A stretch of DNA of 64,000 nt, taken from Nitrospirales bacterium (lineage in GTDB: Bacteria; Nitrospirota; Nitrospiria; Nitrospirales; UBA8639). Under the pieces are notes generated by a model. It had not been told where the DNA came from and did no database searches. It saw only the letters and a program-made list of their open reading frames with translations. Both the position numbers and the translations under genes were made by a program. Shown one piece after another: positions 49,301-64,000 of this stretch. Positions within the stretch are counted from its first letter, which is position 1, and each line of letters begins with the position of its first letter. The DNA is taken from contig CBDBCZ010000018.1 of the NCBI GenBank assembly GCA_965203295.1, forward strand, positions 192,001 through 256,000, read 5' to 3'.

Positions 49301-50925
49301 TGACATACACACAACCGCCCTGCCTACAAGACTCAAAACACAAGTGGCCAGTCAGGAAGGGGGGAGGGGGTGACATACACACAAACGCCCTGCCTACAAG
49401 ACTCAAAACACAAGTGGCCAGTCAGGGAGGGGGGAGGGGGTGACATACACACAAACGCCCTGCCTACAAGACTCAAACACAAGTTGCCGAACAGGAAGGG
49501 GGTGACATACACATAACCACCCTGCTTACAAGACTCGAAGACAAGTCGCCGGTATGGGAGGGGGTGACATACACACAACTGCCCTTCCTACAAGACTCGA
49601 ACACAAGTCGCCGGTCAGGGAGAGGAAGAACTACACACAACTGCCCTGCCTCACTCGAACACAAGTCAACGATGAACGAGGGATGAAGGGATGGCATACA
49701 CACAACTGCCCTGCCTATAACAATCAAGCACAAGTTGCCGATCAGGAAGGGGGTGATATATATACAACTGCCCTGCTTACAAAACTCGAACGCAAGTCGC
49801 CAATCAGGGAGGGGGAGAACTACACACAATCGCCCTGTCTACAACACTTCAACACAAGTCACCGGTCAGAGGCGGGGGGTGACTACACACAACTGCCCTG
49901 CCTACAAGACTCAAACACAAGTGGGCGGTCAGGGAGGGGGGAGGGGGTGACATACACACAAACACTCTGCCTACAAGTCTCAAAGACAAGTCGCCGGTCA
50001 GGGGCAGGAGAGAACTACACACAACCGCCCTGCCTACAAGTATCAAACACAAGTCGCCGGTCAGGGGCAGAAGAGAACTACACAAAACCGCCTTGCCTAC
50101 AAGACTCGAACACAAGTCGCTAGTCAGAGGGTTGGGGGGGGAATTACACACAAGCGCCCTGCCTACAAGATTCGAACGCACGTCGCTGGTCAGGGAGGGG
50201 GGAGAGGGGTGACATACACACAACCACCCTGCCTACAAGACTCGAACACAAGTCACCAATGAGGGAGGGAGGAGGGGGTGACATACACACAACTGCCCTT
50301 CCTATAAGAGTCAAACACAAGTTGCTGATCGGGGAGGGGGTGATATACACAACTGCCCTGCCTGCAAGACTCGAACACAAGTCACCGATCAGGAAGGGGG
50401 TGACATACATACAACCGCCCTGCTTACAAAACTCGAACGCAAGTCGCCAGTCAGTGAGGGGAAGAACTGCACACAATCGCCCTGTTTACAACACTCCAAC
50501 ACTAGGCGTGGGATGACTACACACAACCGCCCTGCCTACAAGACTCAAACACAAGCGGCCGGTCAGGGAGGGGGGAGGGGGTGACATACATACAACTGAC
50601 CTGCTTACACGACTCGAACACAAGTCGTCGATCAGGGAAGGAGGAGTGGGTGACATACATACAATCACCCTGCTTACAAAACTCGAACACAAGTCGCCAG
50701 TCAGGCAGGGGAAGAACTACACACATCCGTCCTGTCTACAAGACTGAAACACAAGTCGCCGGTCAGGGAGAGGGGAAAGGGGTGGCATACACACAACCAC
50801 CCTGCCTACAAGACTGAAACACAAGTCGCTGGTCAGGGGATGGAGAACTACACACAACCATCCCACCTACAAGACTCGAACAAAGTCGCCGATCAGGGAG
50901 GGGGGAGGGGGTGACATACACACGA
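46388..50925. repeat. Satellite, ~55-63-bp unit, with higher-order blocks
   Basis: Dozens of acacacaaccgccctgcctacaagactcgaacacaagtcgccggtcagggagggg units. Interrupted at 47759-49176. Confidence 0.95.
47759..49176. mobile_element. Non-autonomous DNA transposon (TAG terminus, possibly Academ-like)
   Basis: Perfect 30-bp TIR TAGTGCAACCAGGCATGTACTTCCAAAAAT. TA duplicated within a satellite unit. Confidence 0.9.
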
Positions 50926-50929
50926 AGTC

Positions 50930-52900
50930 ACTATTACTAGGAACTTTCTCTATCGTTACCGATATCCAGTATCCCCCAGAATCGCTGAGGAAAGTCGTTC
51001 CTACGGAAGACTAGTTGACCAAGCATCATCGGTTACAGAACGTCATAAACTGAGCAAATATTATGGAGTTACTGGAGAAGCCCCTTTCTGTATGATCTCT
51101 GTGGCTTTGACTCCGTGTATGACCTTGTAATTAATGTCATGCATGCAGTGGTGTTGAACCTTATCAGGTCTGAACTTGAACACCATTTATTGGCAGAAGG
51201 TGGACCACTGAAACGGGCAGACTTGGCAGAGGCACTAGGGTATGTGCAATGGACGTCTGAACTCAAGGATGGCCGACTTCCAAATGTCCCACAAACATAC
51301 AACCGACAAAGCAAGCATCGCCTCGGACACTGGAAATCAGAAGAGTTCACCAAGTTTGCCACTGTAGCCCCCTATGTCCTTCACAGTCTCATCCCCAAAC
51401 CAGCTTATGAATGCTTTCTCCTACTAACACGAATCCACCAATTGATATTCTCCAAGCAATTAAGGATTGAAGGTTGGACAGCTGCTGACTGCAACTTGCT
51501 GGCATCCCTTCTTTGGAGACATGCCATTCTGTACGAGAGGCTATATGTACTGTCTGCATGTACAGAAAGTGTGGACTATTCTCACCACCTTCCAGATGAC
51601 TTGCATCGGCATTCAACACCTGATAACTACTGGTGCTATTTGTACGAGCGACTAGTACGACACTACAAACAACAGACAACCAACCAAAAACAACTTTGTA
51701 AAACTTACAGCGACAGAGTGTCAGTTGCAGTTCATACGAGACTACTTTGCTGCATATACAGAAGAGAGGCAGAATGAAGACCACCCACTTGAACTTTATG
51801 AAGATCCTGTCCTCCTGGTGAGGAAGACGGCAGATTAGGCTTTTGTGTTAAAGGAAAAGGTCAGCAAGGAAGAGGTAAACGTACAGGTGGTAATTAACTT
51901 CATGCTGGAGTATTTAACTCACATCCTTAAAGGGTGCCTCCCCCCCGCCCCAACCCACAATAATATTATGGCTTTTTTTTATTGTTGCCAAGATTTTATC
52001 GGGGGAAAACTGCCCTTTTTTGGGGGGGGGGGGGGGACACAGGAATTTTCCAAAGTCCCCCCTTCCCCTACCTACAGTGTATGAAGCCCTGCATGCATCC
52101 TTGTAAGAGTATGGCTGGAAATTTGGAGCTTAATATTGAATGTCTAATTCAGACTTCTCACCCCTTACATGTATTGTACACAAAATGCAGATGCCAGAGC
52201 CTGTGAGGAGACACTACCAGAGTGGGATACTGATTGGGTGTCCCAAGCTCATTACACTGTCTTCACGGCAACATCGTGATGTCACTCACTGGATTCTGAA
52301 ACAATCAACTGTTCCAGACGATGAAATTCCGTCATCAGCAGTCTCCTATGCGCGGATTCTAAAAGCAATGCTCTTGAGATGGCGGCTGTCTATAAGGTCG
52401 GAGATTACGTAATCCTCCAGGATAGTGAGGTGGACAGTCGAGAGCGGGTGATGCAAGTCACTGAATTCCTTGTATTCGGTGCAGTCTGTGGTAAATACCA
52501 TAGTTTTTGTTCACGGCAATTACCTAATTGACTAATCAAGCCGTGGCTGCATAGACTACGATAACTGGACAAAGCAGCCGAAGATGGTAAAACGACACTT
52601 TGAGCGACTGCGAGTACTGCCCATGTGTCTTATCCGACGAAAAGTAACTATTTACCCTGATCCCAACAACAAGGCTACCCCATCGTTCTTTGTAATTGAC
52701 CTGGTAGACAGCGAGCCCGTGACCGTTTTACATTACCCAGAACCGGATGAAGTAGTGAAGGTAGACGAGAAACTGCTGTATGTGGTGTCAACAGACAGCA
52801 AGGAGCAGAACGCCCGAGACAATCCACATTGGAAACTACATGGGCCTGCATGGATTTTGTGAACATTCAACATGTACAACCTAGAAGGATCTTCAACCGT
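50930..52900 (+). pseudogene. 3' part of a CMC/EnSpm-like transposase
   Basis: INVMHAVVLN, GRLP...HWKSEEF, HLPDD...YWCYLYER. Probable intron at about 51880-52189. Confidence 0.75.
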
Positions 52901-53192
52901 TTCCAGATTTAGTTAGTGTAGCTATGTATGCATGTACTAGTACTGCATGCTTGTATACTTACCAGCTATAGTGAGCAAGGTCGTGTACGCTTGCTACATG
53001 GCCCGTGTACTACTCCGGCTGTTGAGGGTAAAAAATAAAGTAAGCCGAAACATTTCTAAACTGTATGCAGCTCACCTGTCTGCTCCCAATCCTTGTAATT
53101 TACTATGGGCCCATGGGCTCACTCGTGAGCACGGCACGTGCTTACATTTGGAGTGCGCACTATTTAAAATTCACCACCCCTACTTTAATTAA

Positions 53193-54593
53193 CCGATTAT
53201 ACGCGGGAATTATTTCGCGAGGCTATACCGTATAGCGAAATTAATCGTATGGCGGAAATATTTTTTTGCCTCGTTGGCAAAAACTGTTTGTAGCTGCTAA
53301 ACGCTGTAAGATCGCTACAGGCAACCAGGTACCATGGTGAAGCGCGATGGCAGGGCTTTCCAACGGCGCCAAGATCGCCTGGCTGTCACCACTCTGGACG
53401 AAGATAGCATGCTACATCTCGCGCGGTAAGTTATTTTTGTTAGCGGTAGCTACCGACGCTTGGCCATTATCGGATTTTTCTGTCACTTTGTGATAGAAGG
53501 GACAAGTAATGGCTAGGCCTAGGTGTAGGCATGTGTGTGTAAGTGGCTTGCTACTATATATAATGGTAGCAGCGCTAAAAAAGCTTAGTTTTTCCTGGGT
53601 AGTGAGACCGGATTTTTAACGCCTGGAACCCGAGACAAAGTATACGAGCTCAGTAAGCTTTTAAGCTTTTGTAGGTCTGTGGATACAGCAGATAGCATTC
53701 TAAAGTAAGAAATACTTCATTACTAACTAGACAGAAGCTATAGAGATGGATAAAGTGAGGAGAGTCGAGATGGGTGTGTGTGTGTCAGGAGGGGGGAAAA
53801 ATGTCGGAAGCAGACGCTAGGTAGAGGGAAGTGATTCACTGCTCTGCTCCCGCCAGGTGTTTGTGCCTCTTCTGATAGCAGTCACAGGAAGAGTCTCCAC
53901 TATAAACAACCAGATGTCACAGTTTTTGACAAATCCGTGACGTTATGGTGTCTGTGGTGGTGGGACGGAAATGGTCGGGCTGACGGGAGGGAATGAACAC
54001 GCTTGTATGGAAGCAAGGATGACTACCAGGTGGGCATAGTGGGGATGCTGTGGAGGGAAAAGGGTTTCCCATAGATTGTTCATAAGGGGATAGAGAGACT
54101 GGTATGTGCAGAGATGCTCTGAGTGAAGGTTGGAGAGTCCAGCTGTGTTGGGACAAGAGTTTCATCATATCTCTCCTCTTGTTGTAGGCTCACAGCAGTT
54201 CACCACAGCCCTCCTCACCTCCAACATGGTTTCCTGCGAGTCATCCTCATTCTCTTCCATCATAACAGCATCCAGAACTGAAGATACAGATGTGCAGGGG
54301 CTCTTTTTAGCTTCATTTTTAGCTGTTGTACAGTATAGGAGTGTTGCTGTTATCAACAATTTTATAGTTACTATACTGAATCCATAACAGTGCTTACTAT
54401 AATTCTATTCATAGTATTACGTACCTCAGGAAGTGTAGTAAAGACCTACAAGTGTCCGCTCGCTCTTAGCTCCTCCCGCTTCCAGCACAGCACAGTAAAG
54501 GTAATACCGTTGACAATGACGCCTATAGGCGTCTACCGCGCTTAACGCATTTTGCACGCGTGACGCCTATAGGCGTCAATCGCGTATAATCGG
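53193..54593 (-). mobile_element. Non-autonomous piggyBac-like element
   Basis: TTAA on both sides. Perfect TIR CCGATTATACGCG. Two GACGCCTATAGGCGTC palindromes. Confidence 0.92.
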
Positions 54594-54919
54594 TTAAAGC
54601 CCTGTCCGCAAACGGACAAAGGCGTCTTTGTGTAGCAGCATGGTAGTGCGCCGTGCGTCTGACTCGCAGACAAAGCCCTTTATGTAGTAGTAATAAGTTC
54701 ATAATACTGTTGTATAACAGTCATAGATAGTAAAGTAGGTTGTACGAGACTATTGAAAAGTTTGAACTGTCGGATTTACTCCTGCAGCAGTTTCTGGTGT
54801 GGAATCGGTAAGGAAACTTGTGTCTTACATTCGATTTTGTGCAGAGCATACACGGCCCACTTGACCAGTGTATTTCTGTCTTGCCTTTAATAGGAATATA
54901 CATGTATGTCTCTTATCTC

Positions 54920-55778
<859 letters not shown>

Positions 55779-56600
55779 AACTAGTGATATGCAGGGCATA
55801 GTGGGGTGAGCCTTCGCGAAGTATGCAGCATGTAACAGAAATGTGATGACAAAATGAGAAAAGTATACAATCTATGTGCACAAATGTTTCAGAATCATTT
55901 CTTTCTGCCTGTTCTGTGCTCTATTTCAGAGCGTCTAGCTGCAGCCTGCAGGCGATCATTGTAGTGCACAAAGTGCAATGGATCTTTTCAATGAAAGTCA
56001 GGTATATAGTGTCTTTATTCTGTGGAAGTGTGGCCGTAAAAGAATGAAGAAGACATCTGAGCTCAGAGATTTATGCAATTATACAGCAATGGTTATCATA
56101 ACAGTATTAGACTTTAGGAAGTCTTACATGTCTGTAATTCCATGCTTATGAAACAAGGAACTTGAGTCAACAATTTCACATGCAACTATAAACGTGCAGA
56201 GTTAAATTGCTGTTTTTCAGCCTTTTACTGCAAAATGTAACTTATGTTGGTGGGGGCAAAAAAAAAAAAACAACAACATGGCATCGTGTCGGTGTTTAGT
56301 TACTTTCGGCTCCTTGATGTCCTGCATTCTGCCTATAGAATCATGCAGCTGTCTACTGCTGCAAATGCTGTCGAGCCTGGGCCTTGTCCTGCATGTCATT
56401 CAAGTTAGGAGTGCCATGCTGGAATATCTTTTCTATCAGTTGCTGTTGATAATCTAAGTGCTGCTGTGTGTGCTTTACTAACATTGTACGGATGTACAGG
56501 GATTTTCCTGCTTCTTGCAATTTTACAACCGTATACCGTAAAAAGGAAGTGGTTAATTACTTAGCGCATGTGCATATGTTTACAGTATGCACGTGCTAAG

Positions 56601-57814
56601 ATGGCGCTGCCAAATACAAGTGCCACTGACCAGCAGACAGTTTCACAGCCTTTTGTATCTGGTAGTACTTAGCAGTCGCCTCTAGTTTTTCCCCTAGCAG
56701 CTTTTGTGCAGAGTGGCATGCGAAATAGTTCTGTCTTCTCGTTGCCCATTTCAATTGGCGCCTCCCCTTCTACTGGCCAGGGAATGGCGATGCAGAGACC
56801 CGCGGCCCCGATACCTGAGAAGGTAAGTTTTCTGTCTACTTGATACTTTTCTAATCATGCTCTTGTTTGCTAGGTAATCGTACGTATCCTGTTTCGGTAT
56901 CATTCGCATATGCGGATTGATACACATAATTATAAGCCACGCCCAAGAATCCATACCCGGTACCATTATGACAATTGAGTCAATAAAGTATGGCAGCGGG
57001 TGTCCATTATAACTTTTGCGTTTCCCAGATGGAGTACTCATATCGGGTGAAGATTTGCAAAAAGGACAGTCCATGGCGAACTTTGCATCACTTTCATGAG
57101 AAGTTCCGCTCTCCGACGGAAATTAAGGCTCAGCTAATGGATGAATTTTGTGATGATGTACCTGCATCTACTCGTTTTTCAGTGGGTTATTTTGAAGGAA
57201 AACAGTCAAAAAAACTAGCGCTAGTCAATAGAGATGACCTCAGAGCCATGTACTCATCCTCACATGGTGGTGAAATTCAACTTTGGTGTGATGCACCCGA
57301 CACCAGTAGTTCTGATAAGAAAGAGAATAAGAAGAGCTGTATGGAAGAGAAGGATGCATCTGCAAATGAAATTTTTCATGAACTACAGGAAAAGCATGGG
57401 AATAAGTATCCAAACCCTGCTCTGCGACTATGGTCACGAATGATAGCATCTGGGGTGCATGAGAGCAAAGATGACCCACCTGCTGTGCCAATGATAAGTG
57501 GGAATACTAGTAAACGCAAGGGCAGAGAGTCTTTTACAGATGCATTTGTCGGTGCCTGCTCTGCTGTAGTTGAGGCTATAAAACCTCCAACCACAAGTAC
57601 ACAAGCGACCCAGAATACCCCACCTCCCAAGCGAGTATGTACCTCAGCAGACCGGGGAACAGTTCTCTCGCCTGGCCGAACAGTTGAGCTGAGAACAAAG
57701 TACATGGAGCAACTCAGTGCTCTGAAGAAAGTCTATGAAGATGGTGTGCTAACTCAGGATGAATTTATGGAACAGAAGAAAATAATTCTTGGTAATTTGC
57801 GTACGTTACAGTAA
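56601..57814 (+). CDS. Two-exon gene (56601-56822, 57029-57814) with a SHOCT-like C-terminus
   Basis: Phase-0 GTAAGT/CAG intron. LRLWSRMI..G.H...D.PP and LSALKKVYEDGVLTQDEFMEQKKIIL. One TAG early in exon 1. Confidence 0.7.
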
Positions 57815-57880
57815 CTTTTATTATGGTATACGCATATAATATACATGTATTGTTTGTAGATTTCAGGTCTGATTCATGTA

Positions 57881-58782
57881 AATCCCACAGTCATTAATCC
57901 ATGATTCACAATCCTCTGATGTTATGGTGCAGAATGCACTCAGTATAATTTGTTATAAGTCTTGAATTCCAGAATCTTCAAGTGTTTGCATTTTCTTTTT
58001 AGCTTTAGAGAATGCTTGCTCTATTGGGTTGTAGTCTGGAGAGTATGGAGGAAGCGTTGTCTAAAATGACAACGCTATGAGAATTTTGGCCGTTAAAGGG
58101 CATTAGGTGTGGAAGGAGAAATTCCTGCACAAAGTCATAGAAAGTTACAGAGTCTACAGTTTCTGTGACCAGTTTCAAGTCAAGAAGTCCAACAAATGAC
58201 AAAAACGCTATCACTGAAACCCTTTGTCCGCGAACAAGGAGTCTCTGCTTCTTTGCAGGTTTACCCCGGAGGCTATATCTAGTGGCTGTCTCTGCGATCA
58301 CAGCCACTTTCATCCAGGTATACCAACAATTCAGGCCTATACATTGATACTTCAGCAACAAATTGTGCCCTGAGCACTTCATCTCTTTGAATAGCTGTTA
58401 TTTGTAAGCGTTGATGAGTGAATCCAGAGAGATGAAGAAACTTGCAAATGGCACTAATGGACAGTTCCAGCCCAAGCTGATCTCTCAGTTCACTCTGTAT
58501 CTCACGGAGATAAATTCCTGGCCTATCTAAAACTAGGAATAGAACAAACATTTGGCACACATCGGTAAACTTTCTTGGTAACATATCAGCTGAGTAAGTC
58601 TTCTTGGCAACTGCACCCGTAGTCCAAAAAAGTTTGACAATTCTGGAAACAGTTGATGGATCAATGCATAGATTCTTAGCTATTTCCTTGTAGGAGAGGC
58701 CAAGAGTTTCCCGCTGGTGTACTACACGCCATCGCAAATCCTCACTATAGGCTGTTTGGCGACTAGGCTCACAAGAAGCCAT
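57881..58782 (-). pseudogene. IS630/Tc1-like transposase
   Basis: AYSEDLRWRVV HTH, YLDESG, ILDNAS, PYSPDYNPIE, with a deletion between the second D and the E. Confidence 0.88.
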
Positions 58783-61057
58783 CTTTTGAATTACGCCCGC
58801 AAACCTGAACTTTGTTTCGCGGGCCAGACCGCGTTCGGAACATGATTGCGTGACACAGGAAGTTGGGCACATGATGCACTCGTTAAGTAAGAGTTATTGT
58901 AACACTTCCGTTAGTACTTTCCCGTTTAAAAAATTGCAAGAAGTGAGAAATCCGCTGTACACTGGGGTGGTATAGTGAAACAGGAAACTAACTTGCATGG
59001 TGTGGCCTTACTGTTGCAGGCCCACCCCCTAATTTCACAACAGTTTCGGGGCTACCCTTGTCTTTTAAAAGAATCAGTGCCTGAAATGACATCCAGCTGG
59101 TCAGTGGCTTCTTTGGAATGCGTAGATGAATGACAAACTCGAGATCGGTATAGCGCAAGTCCCATGATTCCAGCGACAGACGCCATTTTTGCACTCTATA
59201 ATTTGTAGTCCCATTTTTGCTTCCAAGCAGCAGAGGTCCCAGGACTCCAAATGCTCTGCATCCCTTTCCACCTATCCGGACTCTCGAAAAATTTCATAGA
59301 TTGGGACTCTGGTGAGTTTTCAACGCACGCAGGTTTGCTCCAAAACTACACAGCGACGTGCTCCGCCATTGGCTACATGTAGCTGTTGGCAAAGCCATGA
59401 CATCATCGCATAAGCGTATAGACTAAGTTCCGTATACGTACATCTGCATATGGTTCCAACCTGGTGGCACGTGACAGGGCTAGCTCATATAATATAATTA
59501 TGGTTCTCTACCCATTCAATGTCATCTCCCCCTTCTCTACTGTTACATGCAACCCCAATATATTATTTGCTGTGCCCCGGGCTGTTGCCAGTAATACCAA
59601 GAGAATGTTCTTTCGGTACTCAATATTGCAGCACAACTGAACTAGCTACCACTGGTTTGAATGAAATTAAAGTATGAAACTCTCCACTGGGCCCGGGCCA
59701 ACTTTAAACAAACATTTTGGCATGAGCAGGCCCAATCCCATGCCAGGGGAACAAAAACCAGGGCCAAGACCACGTCACACTGGGAAGAAAACACATGCAT
59801 AATGAGCCTCTGAGCCCAGTGCTGACGTCGACAACTCAAAACTGCCGCACTACCATCACACTAAGTATATAGGTCCAGACAGGCAGAGTTCCGACACAAT
59901 CCTTGGAAGCACTGACCACATTCTCTTCACCATCGACAGCATGTGACACTCCATGCCGGATCGTTCCATATTGAGAAAGAAACAGTGATACTGAAGTCCG
60001 CGAGGGCAGATAATTACAACAGCGTTCAACAAAGATCAAATTTTCAGTTCTCAGTACTATCTACAGTGTCTCGCTGACTAAACTCGGAGAAGGGACAAAC
60101 TTCAAACTGAGTTTGACTTACATACTCCCGGTTGCCCTGCAGCTGTTTCCACCCAAACCTTCGTATCTCTGCAACAACATGCATTAAAGCAACTTTATTA
60201 ATATTGGCTCTAATAGCCACTCCTGTTATGATAGGCTATCAGCCCTACCTCTGCATGTTCCTTTCATTTTGTATAGAAATCATTTCCCGCCAAATTCCAA
60301 CCGGCATAGACTTTTTTACGTTGCAAGCGCATGCGCAGAAGACCAGTTCGTGTTTACGTCTCATGCAGAGGTTTGTTTTGCAGGTCAATGGGAGTTGACT
60401 GTGTGTAAACTGCTGGCCTCTGTTCCTGAAAGCCTAAGCTAATTAAGCATATGAGAGTCACTGCCTAATAACCAACTTACAAACCTCTTTATCTGATGAT
60501 CATATGGATTCGGTAAAGAGTTCTTGACATTAAATGTCTGTGAGGGAGGCGCTTACTCTTTTCAATGTAATGGACTTTAAAGGCTAGTTGTTGCTCTATC
60601 AAGGTTCAGAGGTTGTAGGATTACAGGGAAAGTAATCGACCATCTGGTTGGTTGAAGCAGAAGTTACTAACTTAACGGTGGTGGGAAAAAAGGATTCCTC
60701 AGCAAGGAAATATGTTAGTTTGTCCAATCACAGTGCTGCATTTTAGAGAAAGGATTCTTTAGAGAGGAATATTTTAGCTTGTCCAATCACATTGTAGCTG
60801 TTAAGTAATAATAATATTTTTTTGCCGTATAAAGGTAGCTGTTCGGTCAGATTTTGTCAGTTAGGCTAGGCTGGATCCTGCAGAGTTTTTCAAGTTTTCA
60901 AGTTTTTCTTCAAGTATCTTCAGAACGATTTCAACAATCTTCAATATCTGGTGATCAGGTGAAGAGTGTTTACAACAATGTAAGTCAGTGCATGGCCAGT
61001 CCTTTATTTTTTTTTGTTGTTTTTTTTGCATTTTTTTTGGTGTTTGTATTTTTTCAG

Positions 61058-63082
61058 GAAGATGAGAGACTGAGAGAATTCATCGAGAGGGGGTGTGGCT
61101 GCACTCTCTCCAAGAATGGTACCTGCTCCAAGAATGGTACCTGCTCAGCCTGGAACACTATCGTACTGTGAGGGCCAACTGTACCGAGCTTAGCTGGGGG
61201 GAGCTAAACATGCCACTCACTGGGCAGTTGATGGCTCTCACAAGTGACCAAGAGAACGGCGGCCACCCTGTAGAGAGAGAGAGGAGTGTTACACGCTACC
61301 TTCACTGTAGCCTCAGGGTATGCCGGAATACTTTCCGCTTCCTGCACAGTGTTGGCCCACATCGTGCCAAGGCCCTCAAGTCACACTACCTCGGCAACGG
61401 TGTGGTGTCTAGCAGGCATGGCAACACTGGACGTGTTCCCCGCAATGCTCTATCGCTAGAGGATGTGTAGCATGCTGTTCATCCTCCACTACGCAGAGGA
61501 AAACGGCATCCTCCTACCTGGGTACAAGAAGGATATGCAGCTCCTTCCATACAGTACCACCAGGCGAAAAGTGTGGCTGGTATATCAGCAGGCAACAGAG
61601 GAGCTATCGCACAAGACGGCAGCCTACTCCACCTTTTGCAAGCTGTGGAAACACCTCCTCCCACATGTAGTCGTTGCCCGTTCTATGACTGATGTCTGCT
61701 TGACCTGCCAACAGAACAGCACAGCAATCATTCGTAGCGCCAATCTGTGTGAGCTGGTGGAGTCTGAGGTGAGACTGGTGGAAGTCCAGTAGTATGATGT
61801 GTTGTTTAGCAAATGTCGGCTTGCTGTTGCAGACTCTTCGAGCAGCAGAGGCACATCTTCGTGCCACCACTGACAGGTCCTACTACAGGACGGCAGTGAA
61901 GGACTCTAAGGACGCTGTACACAAGTTCCACACTGTAGATGACGTGTTCTTCCCCCCTCCTCGCACTGCAGTAGCATCTGGTGTTGGGCTTCAGCGGGTG
62001 TACTACTCCTTTGGCTTTGCTCAGCAGGTGCACTACCCTCACAACACCCTGCAACCGGGGCCCATCGATTTCAAAACCCCGAGGAAGTGTGCCGTGTTTG
62101 GTGTGTGTTGTGAGGCTATTCCCCGGCAGGTGCATTACCTCATCGATGAAGCCAGTGACACGGGAAAGCATGCCAACACAGTCGTCAGCTTCCTCCACCA
62201 CTTTCTTCACCATCACGGTCTTGGAGAGAGCGAGTTGGCCCTCTATGCAGACAACTGCACAGGACCAAACAAGAACAACACGGTACTCCAGGTAAGGGAG
62301 TAGAAAGAAATTGAATTTTAGACACACTCTAAGGAAACAAAATCAGTACAACTAATTCACGCTTCATACCTTCTATTTTCCCTCTCAGTATCTGGCATGG
62401 AGGGTGGTGGCAGGGCTGCACAAGTCAGTGACCACGTCATTCCTCCTCCTCTTTGGGCACACTAAATTCGCTCCTGACTGGTTCTTTGGCCTTTTCAAGC
62501 AGCGATTTCGCTGCACTTTTGTCAGCAGCTTGCAGGAGATCGCTGACGTAGTAGAGTCCTCGGCTGACGTCAACACAGCACAGCTTGTGGGCACCCAGGA
62601 TGGAGAAGTGATCGTGCCAGTCTATGACTGGACACAATTCCTCGGCGAACATTTCCGGAATGTGCCGAAGATGAAGACTTACCATCACTTCACCTTCAAA
62701 TCGGCCAAGCCAGGGACGGTTTTTCTCCAGCACTACAGCGGTTGAGAAGTGTCCTCCTACCACACTGTCGCTGACCAGAGCTGGACACGTTCTCTCCAGC
62801 TGCCTTCTCGCATAACCCCCGAGGGTCTCCCGGCAAAAAGGGAGTGGTACCTTCATGACCAGATCCTGGAATTCTGTCGCGACAATATGAAGGACCTTGT
62901 CTGTCCCCTTCCAACCGTGCCCAAGCCAGCTGCCGATGCCGATACTGGTGTCACTGAACCACCACCCAAGTAACCAAGGGTCGCAGAGACTGGACCTGCT
63001 GTGGACGAAAGTGACCACAGTGAAAAGAGGCAGCGCCATTGTGGCAAGTCTGGCCACACTCGGCAAACATGCAGTACCTAGT
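61058..63082 (+). pseudogene. Sola1-like DDD transposase, spliced and degenerate
   Basis: SF(G)FAQQVHYP, ADNCTGPNKN, GHTKFAPDWFFG. Introns at about 61769-61832 and 62292-62388. Confidence 0.78.
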
Positions 63083-63574
63083 GTATGTCTGATCAAGCAT
63101 TAAATCAATTTCATTTGTATCTGTAGTAATGATATTGACACTAAGTCAACACAAACTAGCCAAATACAGTTATAATACCAACTCACATCTATGCGGAAGT
63201 ATGCAGGTGCATTTGAAGTAGAAACATCAAACACAAACATGAAATGTAGGTGGCAATAAGGTTGGCAATGTCCACAAAGAATAAAGGAAATACTCTCAGA
63301 ACCGTGTCCATTCTATATCTTCCCTTCTGGGAATGGAAATCACGCAGGGTGCGCCTGTGTGGTATGGAAGAAACATTAAAAATTTGTTGCCAGTTGCAAT
63401 AAAAAATGTGTCATGCAACAAACAAAATGAAGCATCAAAATTTACCACAACTCACATAGCACATGGCAAACATCAAATGTGGCATACAATAAACACAAAC
63501 CAAAACAAAGTGGAAAAAACGTAACCGAAAAATGTTGGCGTGGCACTTGGCAAACATCATACAATAAACACAAA

Positions 63575-64000
63575 CAAGACTCGAACACACGTTGCCGGTC
63601 AGGTAGGGGGGAAAGGGATCACAGACACAACCACCCTGCCTACAAGACTGAAACACAAGTCGCCGGTCAGGGGATGGAAAACTACACACAACCACGCTAC
63701 CTACAGGACTCGAACACAAGTCACCGATGAGGGAGGGAGGGGGTGACATAAACACAACTGCCCTGCCTGCAAGACTCGAACACAAGTCGCCGATCAGGTA
63801 GGGGGGTGACATACATACAACCGCCCTGCTTACAAAACTCGCAAGTCACCAGTCAGGGAGGGGGAGAACTACACACAATCGCCCTGTCTACAACACTCCA
63901 ACACAAGTCGCCAGTCAGGAGCGAGATATGACTACACACAACTGCCCTGCCTACAAAACTCGAACACAAGTCGCCAGTCAGGGAGGGGAAGAACTACACA
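63575..64000. repeat. Same satellite family as 46388-50925, running off the window
   Basis: Same unit consensus and orientation. Confidence 0.93.

Noticed and set aside
46413..50817. Many ORFs within the satellite
   Set aside because: They are translations of the tandem repeat in all frames.

Overview
Eukaryotic, repeat-saturated genomic DNA from an animal, with short GT-AG introns. The repeat and protein types look sponge/cnidarian-like, which is my inference. It is a graveyard of nested transposons, with no confident host gene, RNA gene or CRISPR array. DNA elements: several piggyBac transposons and TTAA-flanked MITEs, two pogo/Tigger elements that each carry a divergent HIRAN gene, CMC/EnSpm, Sola1-like, Tc1/IS630-like and Mutator-like (with OTU) remnants. 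Retroelements: two Penelope-like elements (RT plus GIY-YIG) and a CRE-type RLE LINE inserted exactly in a piggyBac terminus. Also present: three tyrosine-recombinase remnants co-oriented with the Penelope ORF, an intact orphan ORF packaged like a non-autonomous retroposon, three minisatellite/satellite families, and an inversion readable from nested TE ends. Family assignments come from motif recognition by eye, not database searches.
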